Below are positions 22,650 to 35,721 of a DNA stretch of 64,000 nt, piece after piece. Both the position numbers and the translations under genes were made by a program. Origin of the DNA: Scyliorhinus canicula (Eukaryota); contig NC_052171.1 of NCBI RefSeq assembly GCF_902713615.1, positions 9,984,245-10,048,244 on the forward strand, written 5' to 3'. Below the pieces are notes generated by a model. The model saw nothing but the letters and a program-made list of their open reading frames with translations. It had not been told where the DNA came from and did no database searches. The number at the start of each line of letters is the position of its first letter. The first letter of the stretch is position 1.

Positions 22650-25600
22650 TTGTACACAAGGTCCGGGAGGTAAAGTTGTACACAGGGTCCGGGGGCTAAC
22701 ACTGTACACAGGGTCCGGCAGCTAACACTGTACACAGGGTCCAGGATCTAACACTGCACAGGGTCCAGGAGCTAACACTGTACACAGGGTCCGGGGCTGG
22801 GAGCTAACACTGTACACAGGGTCCGGGAGCTAACACTGTACACAGGGTCCGGGAGCTAACACTGTACACAGGGTCCGGGAGCTAACACTGTACACAGGGT
22901 CCGGGAGCTAACACTGTACACAGGGTCTGGGAGCTAACGCTGTACACAGGGTCCGGGATCTAACGCTGTACACAGGGTCCGGGAGCTAACACTGTACACA
23001 GGGTCCGGGAGCTAACACTGTACACAGGGTCCGGGGGCTAACACTGTACACAGGGTCCGGGAGCTAACACTGTACACAGGGTCCGGGGCTGGGAGCTAAC
23101 ACTGTACACAGGGTCCGGGGGCTAACACTGTACACAGGGTCCGGGGGCTAACACTGTACACAGGGTCCGGGAGCTAACACTGTACACAGGGTCCGGGAGC
23201 TAACACTGTACACAGGGTCCGGGGGCTAACACTGTACACAGGGTCCGGGAGCTAACACTGTACACAGGGTCCGGGAGCTAACACTGTACACAGGGTCCGG
23301 GAGCTAACACTGTACACAGGGTCCGGGGCTGGGAGCTAACACTGTACACAGGGTCCGGGAGCTAACACTGTACACAGGGTCCGGGAGCTAACACTGTACA
23401 CAGGGTCCGGGAGCTAACACTGTACACAGGGTCCGGGAGCTAACACTGTACACAGGGTCCGGGAGCTAACACTGTACACAGGGTCCGGGAGCTAACACTG
23501 TACACAGGGTCTGGGAGCTAACACTGTACACAGGGTCCGGGAGCTAACACTGTACACAGGGTCCGGGAGCTAACACTGTACACAGGGTCCGGGAGCTAAC
23601 ACTGTACACAGGGTCCGGGGCTGGGAGCTAACACTGTACACAGGGTCCGGGGCTGGGAGCTAACACTGTACACAGGGTCCGGGAGCTAACACTGTACACA
23701 GGGTCCGGGAGCTAACACTGTACACAGGGTCCGGGAGCTAACACTGTACACAGGGTCCGGGAGCTAACACTGTACACAGGGGCTGGGAGCTAACACTGTA
23801 CACAGGGTCCGGGAGCTAACACTGTACACAGGGTCCGGGGGCTAACACTGTACACAGGGTCCGGGAGCTAACACTGTACACAGGGTCCGGGAGCTAACAC
23901 TGTATACAGGGTCCGGGGCTGGGACCTAACGCTGTACACAGGGTCCGGGAGCTAACACTGTACACAGGGTCCGGGGGCTAACACTGTACACAGGGTCCGG
24001 GAGCTAACACTGTACACAGGGTCCGGGGGCTAACACTGTACACAGGGTCCGGGAGCTAACACTGTACACAGGGTCCGGGGCTGGGAGCTAACACTGTACA
24101 CAGGGTCCGGGAGCTAACACTGTACACAGGGTCCGGGAGTTAACACTGTACACAGGGTCCGGGAGCTAACACTGTACACAGGGTCCGGGGCTGGGAGCTA
24201 ACACTGTACACAGGGTCCGGGAGCTAACACTGTACACAGGGTCCGGGAGCTAACACTGTACACAGGGTCCGGGAGCTAACACTGTACACAGGGTCCGGGA
24301 GCTAACACTGTACACAGGGTCCGGGGGCTAACACTGTACACAGGGTCCGGGGCTGGGAGCTAACACTGTACACAGGGTCCGGGAGCTAACACTGTACACA
24401 GGGTCCGGGAGCTAACACTGTACACAGGGTCCGGGAGCTAACACTGTACACAGGGTCCGGGAGCTAACACTGTACACAGGGTCCGGGAGCTAACACTGTA
24501 CACAGGGGCTGGGAGCTAACACTGTACACAGGGTCCGGGGCTGGGAGCTAACACTGTACACAGGGTCCGGGAGCTAACACTGTACACAGGGTCCGGGAGC
24601 TAACACTGTACACAGGGTCCGGGGGCTAACACTGTACACAGGGTCCGGGGGCTAACACTGTACACAGGGTCCGGGAGCTAACACTGTACACAGGGTCCGG
24701 GAGCTAACACTGTACACAGGGTCCGGGAGCTAACACTGTACACAGGGTCCGGGGCTGGGAGCTAACACTGTACACAGGGTCCGGGAGCTAACACTGTACA
24801 CAGGGTCCGGGAGCTAACACTGTACACAGGGCCCGGGAGCTAACACTGTACACAGGGTCCGGGAGCTAACACTGTACACAGGGTCCGGGAGCTAACACTG
24901 TACACAGGGTCCCGGGGCTAACACTGTACACAGGGTCCGGGGCTGGGAGCTAACACTGTACACAGGGTCCGGGAGCTAACACTGTACACAGGGTCCGGGA
25001 GCTAACACTGTACACAGGGTCCGGGAGCTAACACTGTACACAGGGTCCGGGAGCTAACACTGTACACAGGGTCCGGGAGCTAACACTGTACACAGGGTCC
25101 GGGGCTGGGAGCTAACACTGTACACAGGGTCCGGGGCTGGGAGCTAACACTGTACACAGGGTCCGGGAGCTAACACTGTACACAGGGTCCGGGGCTGGGA
25201 GCTAACACTGTACACAGGGTCCGGGAGCTAACACTGTACACAGGGTCCGGGGGCTAACACTGTACACAGGGTCCGGGAGGTAACACTGTACACAGGGTCC
25301 GGGAGCTAACACTGTACACAGGGTCCGGGGGCTAACGCTGTACACAGGGTCCGGGAGCTAACACTGTACACAGGGTCCGGGAGGTAACGCTGTACACAGG
25401 GTCCGGGAGCTAACACTGTACACAGGGTCCGGGAGCTAACACTGTACACAGGGTCCGGGAGCTAACACTGTACACAGGGTCCGGGAGCTAACACTGTACA
25501 CAGGGTCCGGGAGCTAACACTGTACACAGGGTCCGGGAGCTAACACTGTACACAGGGTCCGGGAGCTGGGAGCTAACGCTGTACACAGGGTCCGGGAGCT

Positions 25601-28600
25601 AACACTGTACACAGGGTCCGGGAGCTAACACTGTACACAGGGTCCGGGGCTGGGAGCTAACACTGTACACAGGGTCCGGGAGCTAACACTGTACACAGGG
25701 TCCGGGAGCTAACACTGTACACAGGGTCCGGGAGCTAACACTGTACACAGGGTCCGGGAGCTAACACTGTACACAGGGTCCGGGAGCTAACACTGTACAC
25801 AGGGTCCGGGAGCTAACACTGTACACAGGGTCCGGGGTTGGGAGCTAACACTGTACACAGGGTCCGGGGCTGGGAGCTAACACTGTACACAGGGTCCGGG
25901 GCTGGGAGCTAACACTGTACACAGGGTCCGGGGCTGGGAGCTAACACTGTACACAGGGTCCGGGGCTGGGAGCTAACACTGTACACAGGGTCCGGGGCTG
26001 GGAGCTAACACTGTACACAGGGTCCGGGAGCTAACACTGTACACAGGGTCCGGGAGGTAACGCTGTACACAGGGTCCGGGAGCTAACACTGTACACAGGG
26101 TCCGGGAGCTAACACTGTACACAGGGTCCGGGGGCTAACACTGTACACAGGGTCCGGGAGCTAACACTGTACACAGGGTCCCGGGGCTAACACTGTACAC
26201 AGGGTCCGGGGCTGGGAGCTAACACTGTACACAGGGTCCGGGAGCTAACACTGTACACAGGGTCCGGGAGCTAACACTGTACACAGGGTCCGGGAGCTAA
26301 CACTGTACACAGGGTCCGGGAGCTAACACTGTACACAGGGTCCGGGGGCTAACACTGTACACAGGGTCCGGGAGCTAACACTGTACACAGGGTCCGGGGC
26401 TGGGAGCTAACACTGTACACAGGGTCCGGGAGCTAACACTGTACACAGGGTCCGGGAGCTAACACTGTACACAGGGTCCGGGAGCTAACACTGTACACAG
26501 GGTCCGGGAGCTAACACTGTACACAGGGTCCGGGAGGTAACACTGTACACAGGGTCCGGGGCTGGGAGCTAACACTGTACACAGGGTCCGGGGGCTAACA
26601 CTGTACACAGGGTCCGGGAGCTAACGCTGTACACAGGGTCCGGGGGCTAACACTGTACACAGGGTCCGGGGCTGGGAGCTAACACTGTACACAGGGTCCG
26701 GGGCTGGGAGCTAACACTGTACACAGGGTCCGGGAGGTAACGCTGTACACAGGGTCCGGGGCTGGGAGCTAACACTGTACACAGGGTCCGGGGCTGGGAG
26801 CTAACACTGTACACAGGGTCCGGGAGCTAACACTGTACACAGGGTCCGGGAGCTAACACTGTACACAGGGTCCGGGGCTGGGAGCTAACACTGTACACAG
26901 GGTCCGGGAGCTAACACTGTACACAGGGTCCGGGGGCTGGGAGCTAACACTGTACACAGGGTCCGGGAGCTAACACTGTACACAGGGTCCGGGAGCTAAC
27001 ACTGTACACAGGGTCCGGGGCTGGGAGCTAACACTGTACACAGGGTCCGGGAGCTAACACTGTACACAGGGTCCGGGGCTGGGAGCTAACACTGTACACA
27101 GGATCCGGGAGCTAACACTGTACACAGGGTCCGGGGCTGGGAGCTAACACTGTACACAGGGGCTGGGAGCTAACACTGTACACAGGGTACGGGGGCTAAC
27201 ACTGTGCACAGGGTCCGGGAGCTAACACTGTACACAGGGTCCGGGGCTGGGAGCTAACACTGTACACAGGGTCCGGGAGCTAACACTGTACACAGGGTAC
27301 GGGGGCTAACACTGTACACAGGGTCCGGGAGCTAACACTGTACACAGGGTCCGGGAGCTAACACTGTACACAGGGTCCGGGAGCTAACACTGTACACAGG
27401 GTCCGGGGGCTAACACTGTGCACAGGGTCCGGGAGCTAACACTGTACACAGGGTCCGGGGCTGGGAGCTAACACTGTACACAGGGTCCGGGAGCTAACAC
27501 TGTACACAGGGTCCGGGGGCTAACACTGTACACAGGGTCCGGGAGCTAACACTGTACACAGGGTCCGGGAGCTAACACTGTACACAGGGTCCGGGGGCTA
27601 ACACTGTACACAGGGTCCGGGGCTGGGAGCTAACACTGTACACAGGGTCCGGGGGCTAACACTGTACACAGGGTCCGGGAGCTAACACTGTACACAGGGT
27701 CCGGGGGCTAACACTGTACACAGGGTCCGGGAGCTAACACTGTACACAGGGTCCGGGAGCTAACACTGTACACAGGGGCTGGGAGCTAACGCTGTACACA
27801 GGGTCCGGGGGCTAACACTGTACACAGGGTCCGAGAGGTAACACTGTACACAGGGTCCGGGGGCTAACACTGTACACAGGGTCCGGGAGCTAACGCTGTA
27901 CACAGGGTCCGGGGGCTAACACTGTACACAGGGTCCGGGAGCTAACACTGTACACAGGGTCCGGGGCTGGGAGCTAACACTGTACACAGGGTCCGGGAGC
28001 TAACACTGTACACAGGGTCCGGGGCTGGGAGCTAACACTGTACACAGGGTCCGGGGCTGGGAGCTAACACTGTACACAGGGTCCGGGAGCTAACACTGTA
28101 CACAGGGTCTGGGAGCTAACACTGTACACAGGGTCCGGGAGCTAACACTGTACACAGGGTCCGGGAGCTAACACTGTACACAGGGTCCGGGAGCTAACGC
28201 TGTACACAGGGTCCGGGAGCTAACACTGTACACAGGGTCCGGGAGCTAACACTGTACACAGGGTCCGGGAGCTAACACTGTACACAGGGTCCGGGACCTA
28301 ACACTGTACACAGGGGCTGGGAGCTAACACTGTACACAGGGTCCGGGGGCTAACACTGTACACAGGGTCCGGGGGCTGGGAGCTAACACTGTACACAGGG
28401 TCCGGGAGCTAACACTGTACACAGGGTCCGGGAGCTAACACTGTACACAGGGTCCGGGGCTGGGAGCTAACACTGTACACAGGGTCCGGGAGCTAACACT
28501 GTACACAGGGTCCGGGGCTGGGAGCTAACACTGTACACAGGATCCGGGAGCTAACACTGTACACAGGGTCCGGGGCTGGGAGCTAACACTGTACACAGGG

Positions 28601-30140
28601 TCCGGGAGCTAACACTGTACACAGGGTCCGGGAGCTAACACTGTACACAGGGTCCGGGGGCTAACACTGTACACAGGGTCCGGGGGCTAACACTGTACAC
28701 AGGGTCCGGGGCTGGGAGCTAACACTGTACACAGGGGCTGGGAGCTAACACTGTACACAGGGGCTGGGAGCTAACACTGTACACAGGGTCCGGGGGCTAA
28801 CACTGTGCACAGGGTCCGGGAGCTAACACTGTACACAGGGTCCGGGGGCTAACACTGTACACAGGGTCCGGGGGCTAACACTGTACACAGGGTCCGGGGC
28901 TGGGAGCTAACACTGTACACAGGGGCTGGGAGCTAACACTGTACACAGGGGCTGGGAGCTAACACTGTACACAGGGTCCGGGGGCTAACACTGTGCACAG
29001 GGTCCGGGGGCTAACACTGTACACAGGGGCTGGGAGCTAACACTGTACACAGGGTACGGGGGCTAACACTGTACACAGGGTCCGGGAGCTAACACTGTAC
29101 ACAGGGTCCGGGAGCTAACACTGTACACAGGGTCCGGGAGCTAACACTGTACACAGGGTCCGGGGGCTAACACTGTGCACAGGGTCCGGGAGCTAACACT
29201 GTACACAGGGTCCGGGAGCTAACACTGTACACAGGGTCCGGGGCTGGGAGCTAACACTGTACACAGGGTCCGGGAGCTAACACTGTACACAGGGTCCGGG
29301 GCTGGGAGCTAACACTGTACACAGGGTCCGGGAGCTAACACTGTACACAGGGTCCGGGAGCTAACACTGTACACAGGGTCCGGGAGCTAACACTGTACAC
29401 AGGGTCCGGGAGCTAACACTGTACACAGGGTCTGGGAGGTAACACTGTACACAGGGTCCGGGGGCTAACACTGTACACAGGGTCTGGGAGCTAACACTGT
29501 ACACAGGGTCCGGGAGCTAACACTGTACACAGGGTCCGGGAGCTAACACTGTACACAGGGTCCGGGAGCTAACACTGTACACAGGGTCCGGGAGCTAACA
29601 CTGTACACAGGGTCCGGGAGGTAACGCTGTACACAGGGTCCGGGAGCTAACACTGTACACAGGGTCCGGGAGCTAACACTGTACACAGGGTCCGGGGGCT
29701 AACACTGTACACAGGGTCCGGGAGCTAACACTGTACACAGGGTCCGGGAGCTAACACTGTACACAGCGTCTGGGAGCTAACACTGTACACAGGGTCCGGA
29801 GCTAACACTGTACACAGGGTCCGGGGCTGGGAGCTAACACTGTACACAGGGTCCGGGAGGTAACGCTGTACACAGGGTCCGGGAGCTAACACTGTACACA
29901 GGGTCCGGGAGCTAACACTGTACACAGGGTCCGGGAGGTAACGCTGTACACAGGGTCCGGGAGCTAACACTGTACACAGGGTCCGGGAGCTAACACTGTA
30001 CACAGGGTCCGGGAGCCAACACTGTACACAGGGTCCGGGAGCTAACACTGTACACAGGGTCCGGGAGCTAACACTGTACACAGGGTCCGGGGCTGGGAGC
30101 TAACACTGTACACAGGGTCCGGGAGCTAACACTGTACACA
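22650..30140. repeat. ~7.5 kb 26-bp minisatellite (gggagctaacactgtacacagggtcc, with 32-bp variants) filling KCTD9 intron 6
   Basis: Tandem units visible directly. Confidence 0.98.
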
Positions 30141-30156
30141 GCATCTCCGAATTTAC

Positions 30157-30285
30157 CCAGTAAGTTGAGGCCTTTGTTGACGATGAGTTGCCCATGACGT
30201 AGGTAGTTGAGGATAGGCATGAAGAACTCTGGGCTCCGATCGATGAGGAAGCCTCCTTGATGGTCCCTCTTATTGCCCCAAGCAT
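30157..30285 (-). CDS. KCTD9: KCTD9 exon 6 (DAWGNKRDHQGGFLIDRSPEFFMPILNYLRHGQLIVNKGLNLL)
   Basis: aag/gtaaat boundaries, 129 nt, BTB motif IDRSP..ILNYLR. Confidence 0.93.
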
Positions 30286-30892
30286 CTTGCTCGCCGAAGA
30301 AAGCCATGTGGCAAACAGCAACAACAAAAAGAGGGAGGGGGAAATATCAGAAAATGAGCAACGTAGCAGGGTGCAGAGTCCAGCTACAATGGGCCGAATG
30401 GCCACAGGGCTTCTTGTCGCTCTGAGATCTCTCTGTCGTCGCTCTACCAGAACTCTAATGAAGCTTAGCGCCAACTCAGCCTCCAAACTCCCCGCTTTCT
30501 CGGGATAACAGGGTTCCTTGACCTGTTGCTTCAGTTGGCTCGTGTGCTGCCGTTCGCACCTCACCCCCCCCACCCTTTCTTTACCTGCCGCACGACCACT
30601 CCCTCGAGCCTCGCGTCGAGAACTGTGCTGTCGTTTAATCTCTCCTGCTCTCCGCCCCATCAGAGGCCTCCCTCTTTCCCCGACTCCCCACCCTCCCTCC
30701 TCTCACTTGTCCAAAACCGATGACATTTTCAACACTCGGCAAGCAACAGCCTAAGCTGGCTGGTGCAGCTGGAAAGGGGTGCGTCCGGGCTAGTGTATAA
30801 TGCTCGCGTTGGTGTGTTTACCAATGCCCTGTAATGGTCCGAGGCGGCATCTTTGACACCTCAACTTATAACAGAACCATGTTCACAGAATA

Positions 30893-31857
30893 ATAAGTCT
30901 TCCAACACCAGGTTAAAATCCAACCGGTTTGTTTGGAATCACTAGCTTTCGGAGCACTGCTCCTCCACCAGGTGAGTGAAGAGGTAGGTTACACAAACAC
31001 GGCATGTAGATAACGTGGGGATGCCGACGCTGGATTGGGGTGGGCATAGTAAGGACACCAGAGAACATACAGTGCAGGAGGCCATTCAGCCCATCGAGTC
31101 TGCACCGATCCACTTGAGCCCTCACTTCCACCCTATCCCCGTAACCCAAGAACCCCCCCCCCCCCCAAGCTTTTGGACACTAAGGGGCAATTTATCACGG
31201 CCAATCCACCTAACCTGCACATCTTTGGACTGTGGGAGGAAACCGGAGCACCCGGAGGAAACCCACGCAGACACGGGGAGGATGTGCAGACTCCGCACAG
31301 ACAGTGACCCAAACCGGGAATCGAACCTGGGACCCTGGCGCTGTGAAGCCACAGTGCTATCCACTGTGCTACCGTGCTGCCCTAAAGTTCAACGGGTTTA
31401 TTTGCAATCACGAGCTTTCGGAAGGCCGCAGGATAACGCAGAATCGCTGAGCAGAAACTGATCGCCAAGTTCCGCACACATGAGTGCGGCCTCAACCGGG
31501 ATCTTGGATTCATGTCGCATTACATTCATCCCCCACCATCTGGCCTGGGCTTGCAAAATCCTACCAACTGTCCTGGCTTGAGACAATTCACACCTTTTTA
31601 ACCTGTGATTATCCCTCTCTCCAGTCTCACTGTCTGGACCTGTAAAGACTTAATTATCTGCAAAGACTCGCATTCGAAGTATCATCTTGCATCATTGGCT
31701 TTGTCTGTATATGCTGTGTTTGTGTAACCTACCTCGTCACTCACCTGATGATGGGGCTACGCTCCAAAAGTTAGTGATTCCAAACAAACCTGTCGGACTT
31801 CAACCTGGCTTCTTACTGTGCCCACCCCAGTCCAACACCGGCATCTACACATCATGT
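30893..31857. mobile_element. Penelope-like remnant: inverted terminal-repeat copies plus GIY-YIG C-terminus, interrupted by a SINE
   Basis: Minus-strand copies of the 43250-43337 terminal sequence at 30893-31012 and ~31385-31425; plus-strand AEQKLIAKFRTHE and terminal repeat at 31435-31857. Confidence 0.75.
31060..31383 (-). mobile_element. HE1-type SINE
   Basis: Same head, core and tail. Confidence 0.85.
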
Positions 31858-32400
31858 TCACAAAATACGCAGGCTAGTGAAGGGAGACAGCAGCGTAGCG
31901 GTATTGTCGTTGGAATACTAAGATCAAGACCCCGGCCAAAGCTCTGGGGGGCACTGGTTCAAATCCCACCACAGCAGCTGGTGGAATTTAAATTCAATTA
32001 ATAAAATCTGTAATTGTCGCTAATCCCAGTAATGATGACCACGCGATTATTACCGATTGACATAAAAGCACAACTGGTTCACTTAATGTCCATTCGGAAA
32101 GGAAATCTGCTGCCCATACCCCATCTGGCCTACATGTGCCACAGCAACAAGTGGCACGATGGCGCAGTGCTTAGCACTGCTGCCTCATGGTGCCGACGAC
32201 CCGGGTTCAATCCCGGCCCAGGGTCGCTGTCCGTGTGGAGTTTGCACTTTCTCCCGTGTCTGCGTGGGTTTCACCCCCCACAACTTGAAGATGTGCAGGG
32301 TAGATGGATTGGCCACATTAATTGCCCCTTAGTTTGTGTAGCCAGCAGTATATTCAGCTATATCATCTGGTAAGGTGCTGGAGGCTAAGGTAATACTAAC

Positions 32401-32459
32401 CTTTATCTCGAAACATGTGAGCAAGCATACTCTCTGGTTCCTTATTCACTAAAGTGCTC
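32401..32459 (-). CDS. KCTD9: KCTD9 exon 5 (STLVNKEPESMLAHMFRDK)
   Basis: cag/gttagt boundaries, 59 nt, in frame. Confidence 0.94.
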
Positions 32460-32544
32460 CTGGGAATGACAGGAAAGGAGGTGTTAGTCGAAGATCGGGA
32501 AAGCAATGTTTCAGTCTGTCAGAGGTCACCCACTTAACAGAACA

Positions 32545-33994
32545 CTCCCTCTACACTGTCCCCATCAAACACTCCCAGGACAGGTACAGCACGGGGTTAG
32601 ATACAGAGTAAAGCTCCCTCTACACTGTCCCCATCAAACACTCCCAGGACAGGCACAGCACGGGGTTAGATACAGAGTAAAGCTCCCTCTACACTGTCCC
32701 CATCAAACACTCCCAGGACAGGTACAGCACGGGGTTAGATACAGAGTAAAGCTCCCTCTACACTGTCCCCATCAAACACTCCCAGGACAGGTACAGCACG
32801 GGGTCAGATACAGAGTAAAGCTCCCTCTACACTGTCCCCATCAAACACTCCCAGGACAGGTACAGCACGGGGTTAGATACAGAGTAAAGCTCCCTCTGCA
32901 CTGTCCCCATCAAACACTCCCAGGACAGGTACAGCACGGGGTTAGATACAGAGTAAAGCTCCCTCTACACTGTCCCCATCAAACACTCCCAGGACAGTTA
33001 CAGCACGGGGTTAGATACAGAGTAAAGCTCCCTCTACACCAGGGGTGGGCAAACTACGGCCCGCGGGCCGCATGCGGCCCGCCAAAGGTATTTCTGCGGC
33101 CCACCAAGTCATTAAAAAAAAAAATTTTAAAAAAATTTGTTTTAATTTTTTTTTTTTTAATTTTTTTTAAAGGTTAATGGGGGGGCTGTTGGGTTACTTA
33201 CTGGTATAGGGTGGATACGTTGACTTGAGTAGGGTGATCATTGCTCGGCACAACGTCGAGGGCCGAAGGGCCTGTTCTGTGCTGTACTGTTCTATGTTCT
33301 ATATGAGGCGCCCAGAATCATAACCGGGTGAAGTAATTATTTTACTTAATATACTATGCGGCCCTTTGTGAATTGTGAATTTCTGAATGTGGCCCTTGCA
33401 CGGAAAAGTTTGCTCACCCCTGCTCTACACTGTCCCCATCAAACACTCCCAGGACAGGTACAGCACGGGGTTAGATACAGAGTAAAGCTCCCTCTACACT
33501 GTCCCCATCAAACACTCCCAGGACAGGTACAGCACGGGGTTAGATACAGAGTAAAGCTCCCTCTACACTGTCCCCATCAAACACTCCCAGGACAGGTACA
33601 GCACAGGGTTAGATACAGAGTAAAGCTCCCTCTACACTGTCCCCATCAAACACTCCCAGGGCAGGTACAGCACTGGGTTAGATACAGAGTAAAGCTCCCT
33701 CTACACTGTTCCCATCAAACACTCCCAGGACAGGTACAGCACGGTGTTAGATACAGAGTAAAGCTCCCTCTACACTGTCCCCATCAAACACTCCCAGGAC
33801 AGGTACAGCACGGGGTTAGATACACAGTAAAGCTCCCTCTACACTGTCCCCATCAAACACTCCCAGGACAGGTACAGCACGGGGTTAGATACAGAGTAAA
33901 GCTCCCTCTACACTGCCCCCATCAAACACTCCCAGGACAGGTACAGCACGGGGTTAGATACAGAGTAAAGCTCCCTCTACACTGTCCCCATCAA
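32545..33994. repeat. 69-bp tandem repeat (ctccctctacactgtccccatcaaacactcccaggacagg...) in KCTD9 intron 4, interrupted by a MITE
   Basis: 23-codon periodicity in the ORF track. Confidence 0.95.
33040..33422. mobile_element. hAT (Charlie-type) MITE copy 1 carrying a SINE 3' tail
   Basis: TIRs CAGGGGTGGGCAAACT / AGTTTGCTCACCCCTG; 8-bp TSD ctctacac. Confidence 0.9.
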
Positions 33995-33996
33995 CA

Positions 33997-34722
33997 TGAC
34001 AGAGTGGATAGTCTGAGGTTTTTCCCCAGGGTAGAGGCGTCAATTACAAGGGGAAATAGGTTTAAGGTGCGATGGGGTAAGATTAGAGGAGATGTGCGAG
34101 GGACGTTTTTTTACACAGAGGGTAGTGGGTGCCTGGAACTCGCTGCCGGAGGAGGTGGTGGAAGCAGGGACGATAGTGACGTTTAAGGGGCATCTTGACA
34201 AATACATGAATAGGATAGGAATAGAGCAGGGGTGGGCAAACTACGGCCCGCGGGCCGCATGCGGCCCGCCAAAGGTATTTCTGCGGCCCACCAAGTCATT
34301 AAAAAATAAATTTAAAAAATTTTTTTTTAATTTTTTTTTAAAAATTTTTTTAAGGTTAATGGGGGGGGGGCTGTTGGGTTACTTACTGGTATAGGGTGGA
34401 TACGTTGACTTGAGTAGGGTGATCATTGCTCGGCACAACGTCGAGGGCCGAAGGGCCTGTTCTGTGCTGTACTGTTCTATGTTCTATATGAGGCGCCCAG
34501 AATCATAACCAGGTGAAGTAATTATTTTACTTAATATACTATGCAGCCCTTTGTGAATTGTGAATTTCTGAATGTGGCCCTTGCACGGAAAAGTTTGCCC
34601 ACCCCTGGAATAGAGGGATACGGACCCCGGAAGTGTAGTAGATTTTAGTTTAGACGGGCAGCATGGTCGGCACAGGCTTGGAGAGCCGAAGGGCCTGTTC
34701 CTGTGCTGTACTTTTCTTTGTT
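33997..34722 (+). mobile_element. CR1/HER1-like LINE 3' end interrupted by MITE copy 2
   Basis: Nearly identical to 9910-10245. Confidence 0.85.
34227..34607. mobile_element. hAT (Charlie-type) MITE copy 2 carrying a SINE 3' tail
   Basis: Perfect 16-bp TIRs; 8-bp TSD gaatagag; near-identical to copy 1. Confidence 0.9.
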
Positions 34723-34927
34723 CGTCCAGTCCCTGATGTTGACCCAAAGTCAGATTTGGATTAGCGGCCCACACGATAATGAGATTACTAAGTAAAAGCA
34801 GCACTTTTGGATTGGGAGAGAAAAAAAAAGAGCCCCTTTCAAAATAAACGTTATTAACTGCCGAGACACTTTAGCATCTTACTGACCAGAAGGGAGATAA
34901 TTTGCTTCACCTTCAATTTGAAAAGCG

Positions 34928-35527
34928 CTGGAGTATAAAAACTGGCAATTCGTGCTGCAGTTGGATAGAACCTTGGGAAGGCCGCACTTGGAATATTGCG
35001 CACAATTCTGGTCGCCACACTACCAGAAGGATGTTGAGGCTCTGGAGAGGGTGCAGAGGAGGTTTACCAGGATGTTGCCTGGTCTGGACGGTGTTAGCTA
35101 TGCGGAGAGGCTGAATAGACTCGGACTGTTTTCATTAGAAAGACGGAGGTTGAGGGGTGACCTGATAGAGGCCTACAAGAGTATGAGGGGCATGGATAGA
35201 GTGGATGGGCAGGCACTCTTTCCCAGGGTGGAAGGGTCACTCACCAGGGGGCAGAGGTTTAAGGTCCGTGGGGCAAAGTTTAGAGGGGATGTGCGAGGCA
35301 GGTTTTTTACACAGAGGGTGGTGAGTGCCTGGAACACGTTGCCGGGGGAGGTTGTGGAAGCAGATACATTAACGGCGTTCAAAAGGCATCTTGACAAACA
35401 CATGGATAGGATGGGTATAGAGGGATACGGCACAAGGAAGGGCTGAGGGGTTTGGCAAAGGTTGGTATCATGACCAGTTCAGGCTTGGAGGGCCGAAGGG
35501 CCTGTTCCTCTGCTGTATTGAGCTTTG
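34928..35527 (+). mobile_element. CR1/HER1-like LINE 3' fragment
   Basis: RPHLEYCAQFWSPHYQKDVEALERVQRRFTRMLPG. Confidence 0.9.
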
Positions 35528-35624
35528 ATCTTCAGCTAACACATTCCGAGAGCGTGAAAGCTCGAGTACGGCAGGAATACAGTCCCGAAGACAATCCCAA
35601 TTTTCCCGCCGCGAGCTTCCTTAC

Positions 35625-35721
35625 CGTGTCGTGGTGAAGTATTGCCCCCCAACGTTTAGTGTTATCCAATCGGTACACATGCTTGACTTGGCCTCCATCT
35701 CCTTATCATGTGCCTCCGGGT
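35625..35721 (-). CDS. KCTD9: KCTD9 exon 4 (DPEAHDKEMEAKSSMCTDWITLNVGGQYFTTTR; BTB start)
   Basis: cag/gtaagg boundaries, 97 nt, BTB/T1 motif LNVGG. Confidence 0.94.

Noticed and set aside
22650-30140. CRISPR-like array or steroid-response-element array (TGTACAcagGGTCC)
   Set aside because: No unique spacers and a eukaryotic context; the second half-site does not fit TGTNCY
32506-34186. His/Cys-rich repeat ORFs (LPLHCPHQTLPGQ...) resembling a metal-binding protein
   Set aside because: 69-bp satellite, antisense in a KCTD9 intron and interrupted by a MITE
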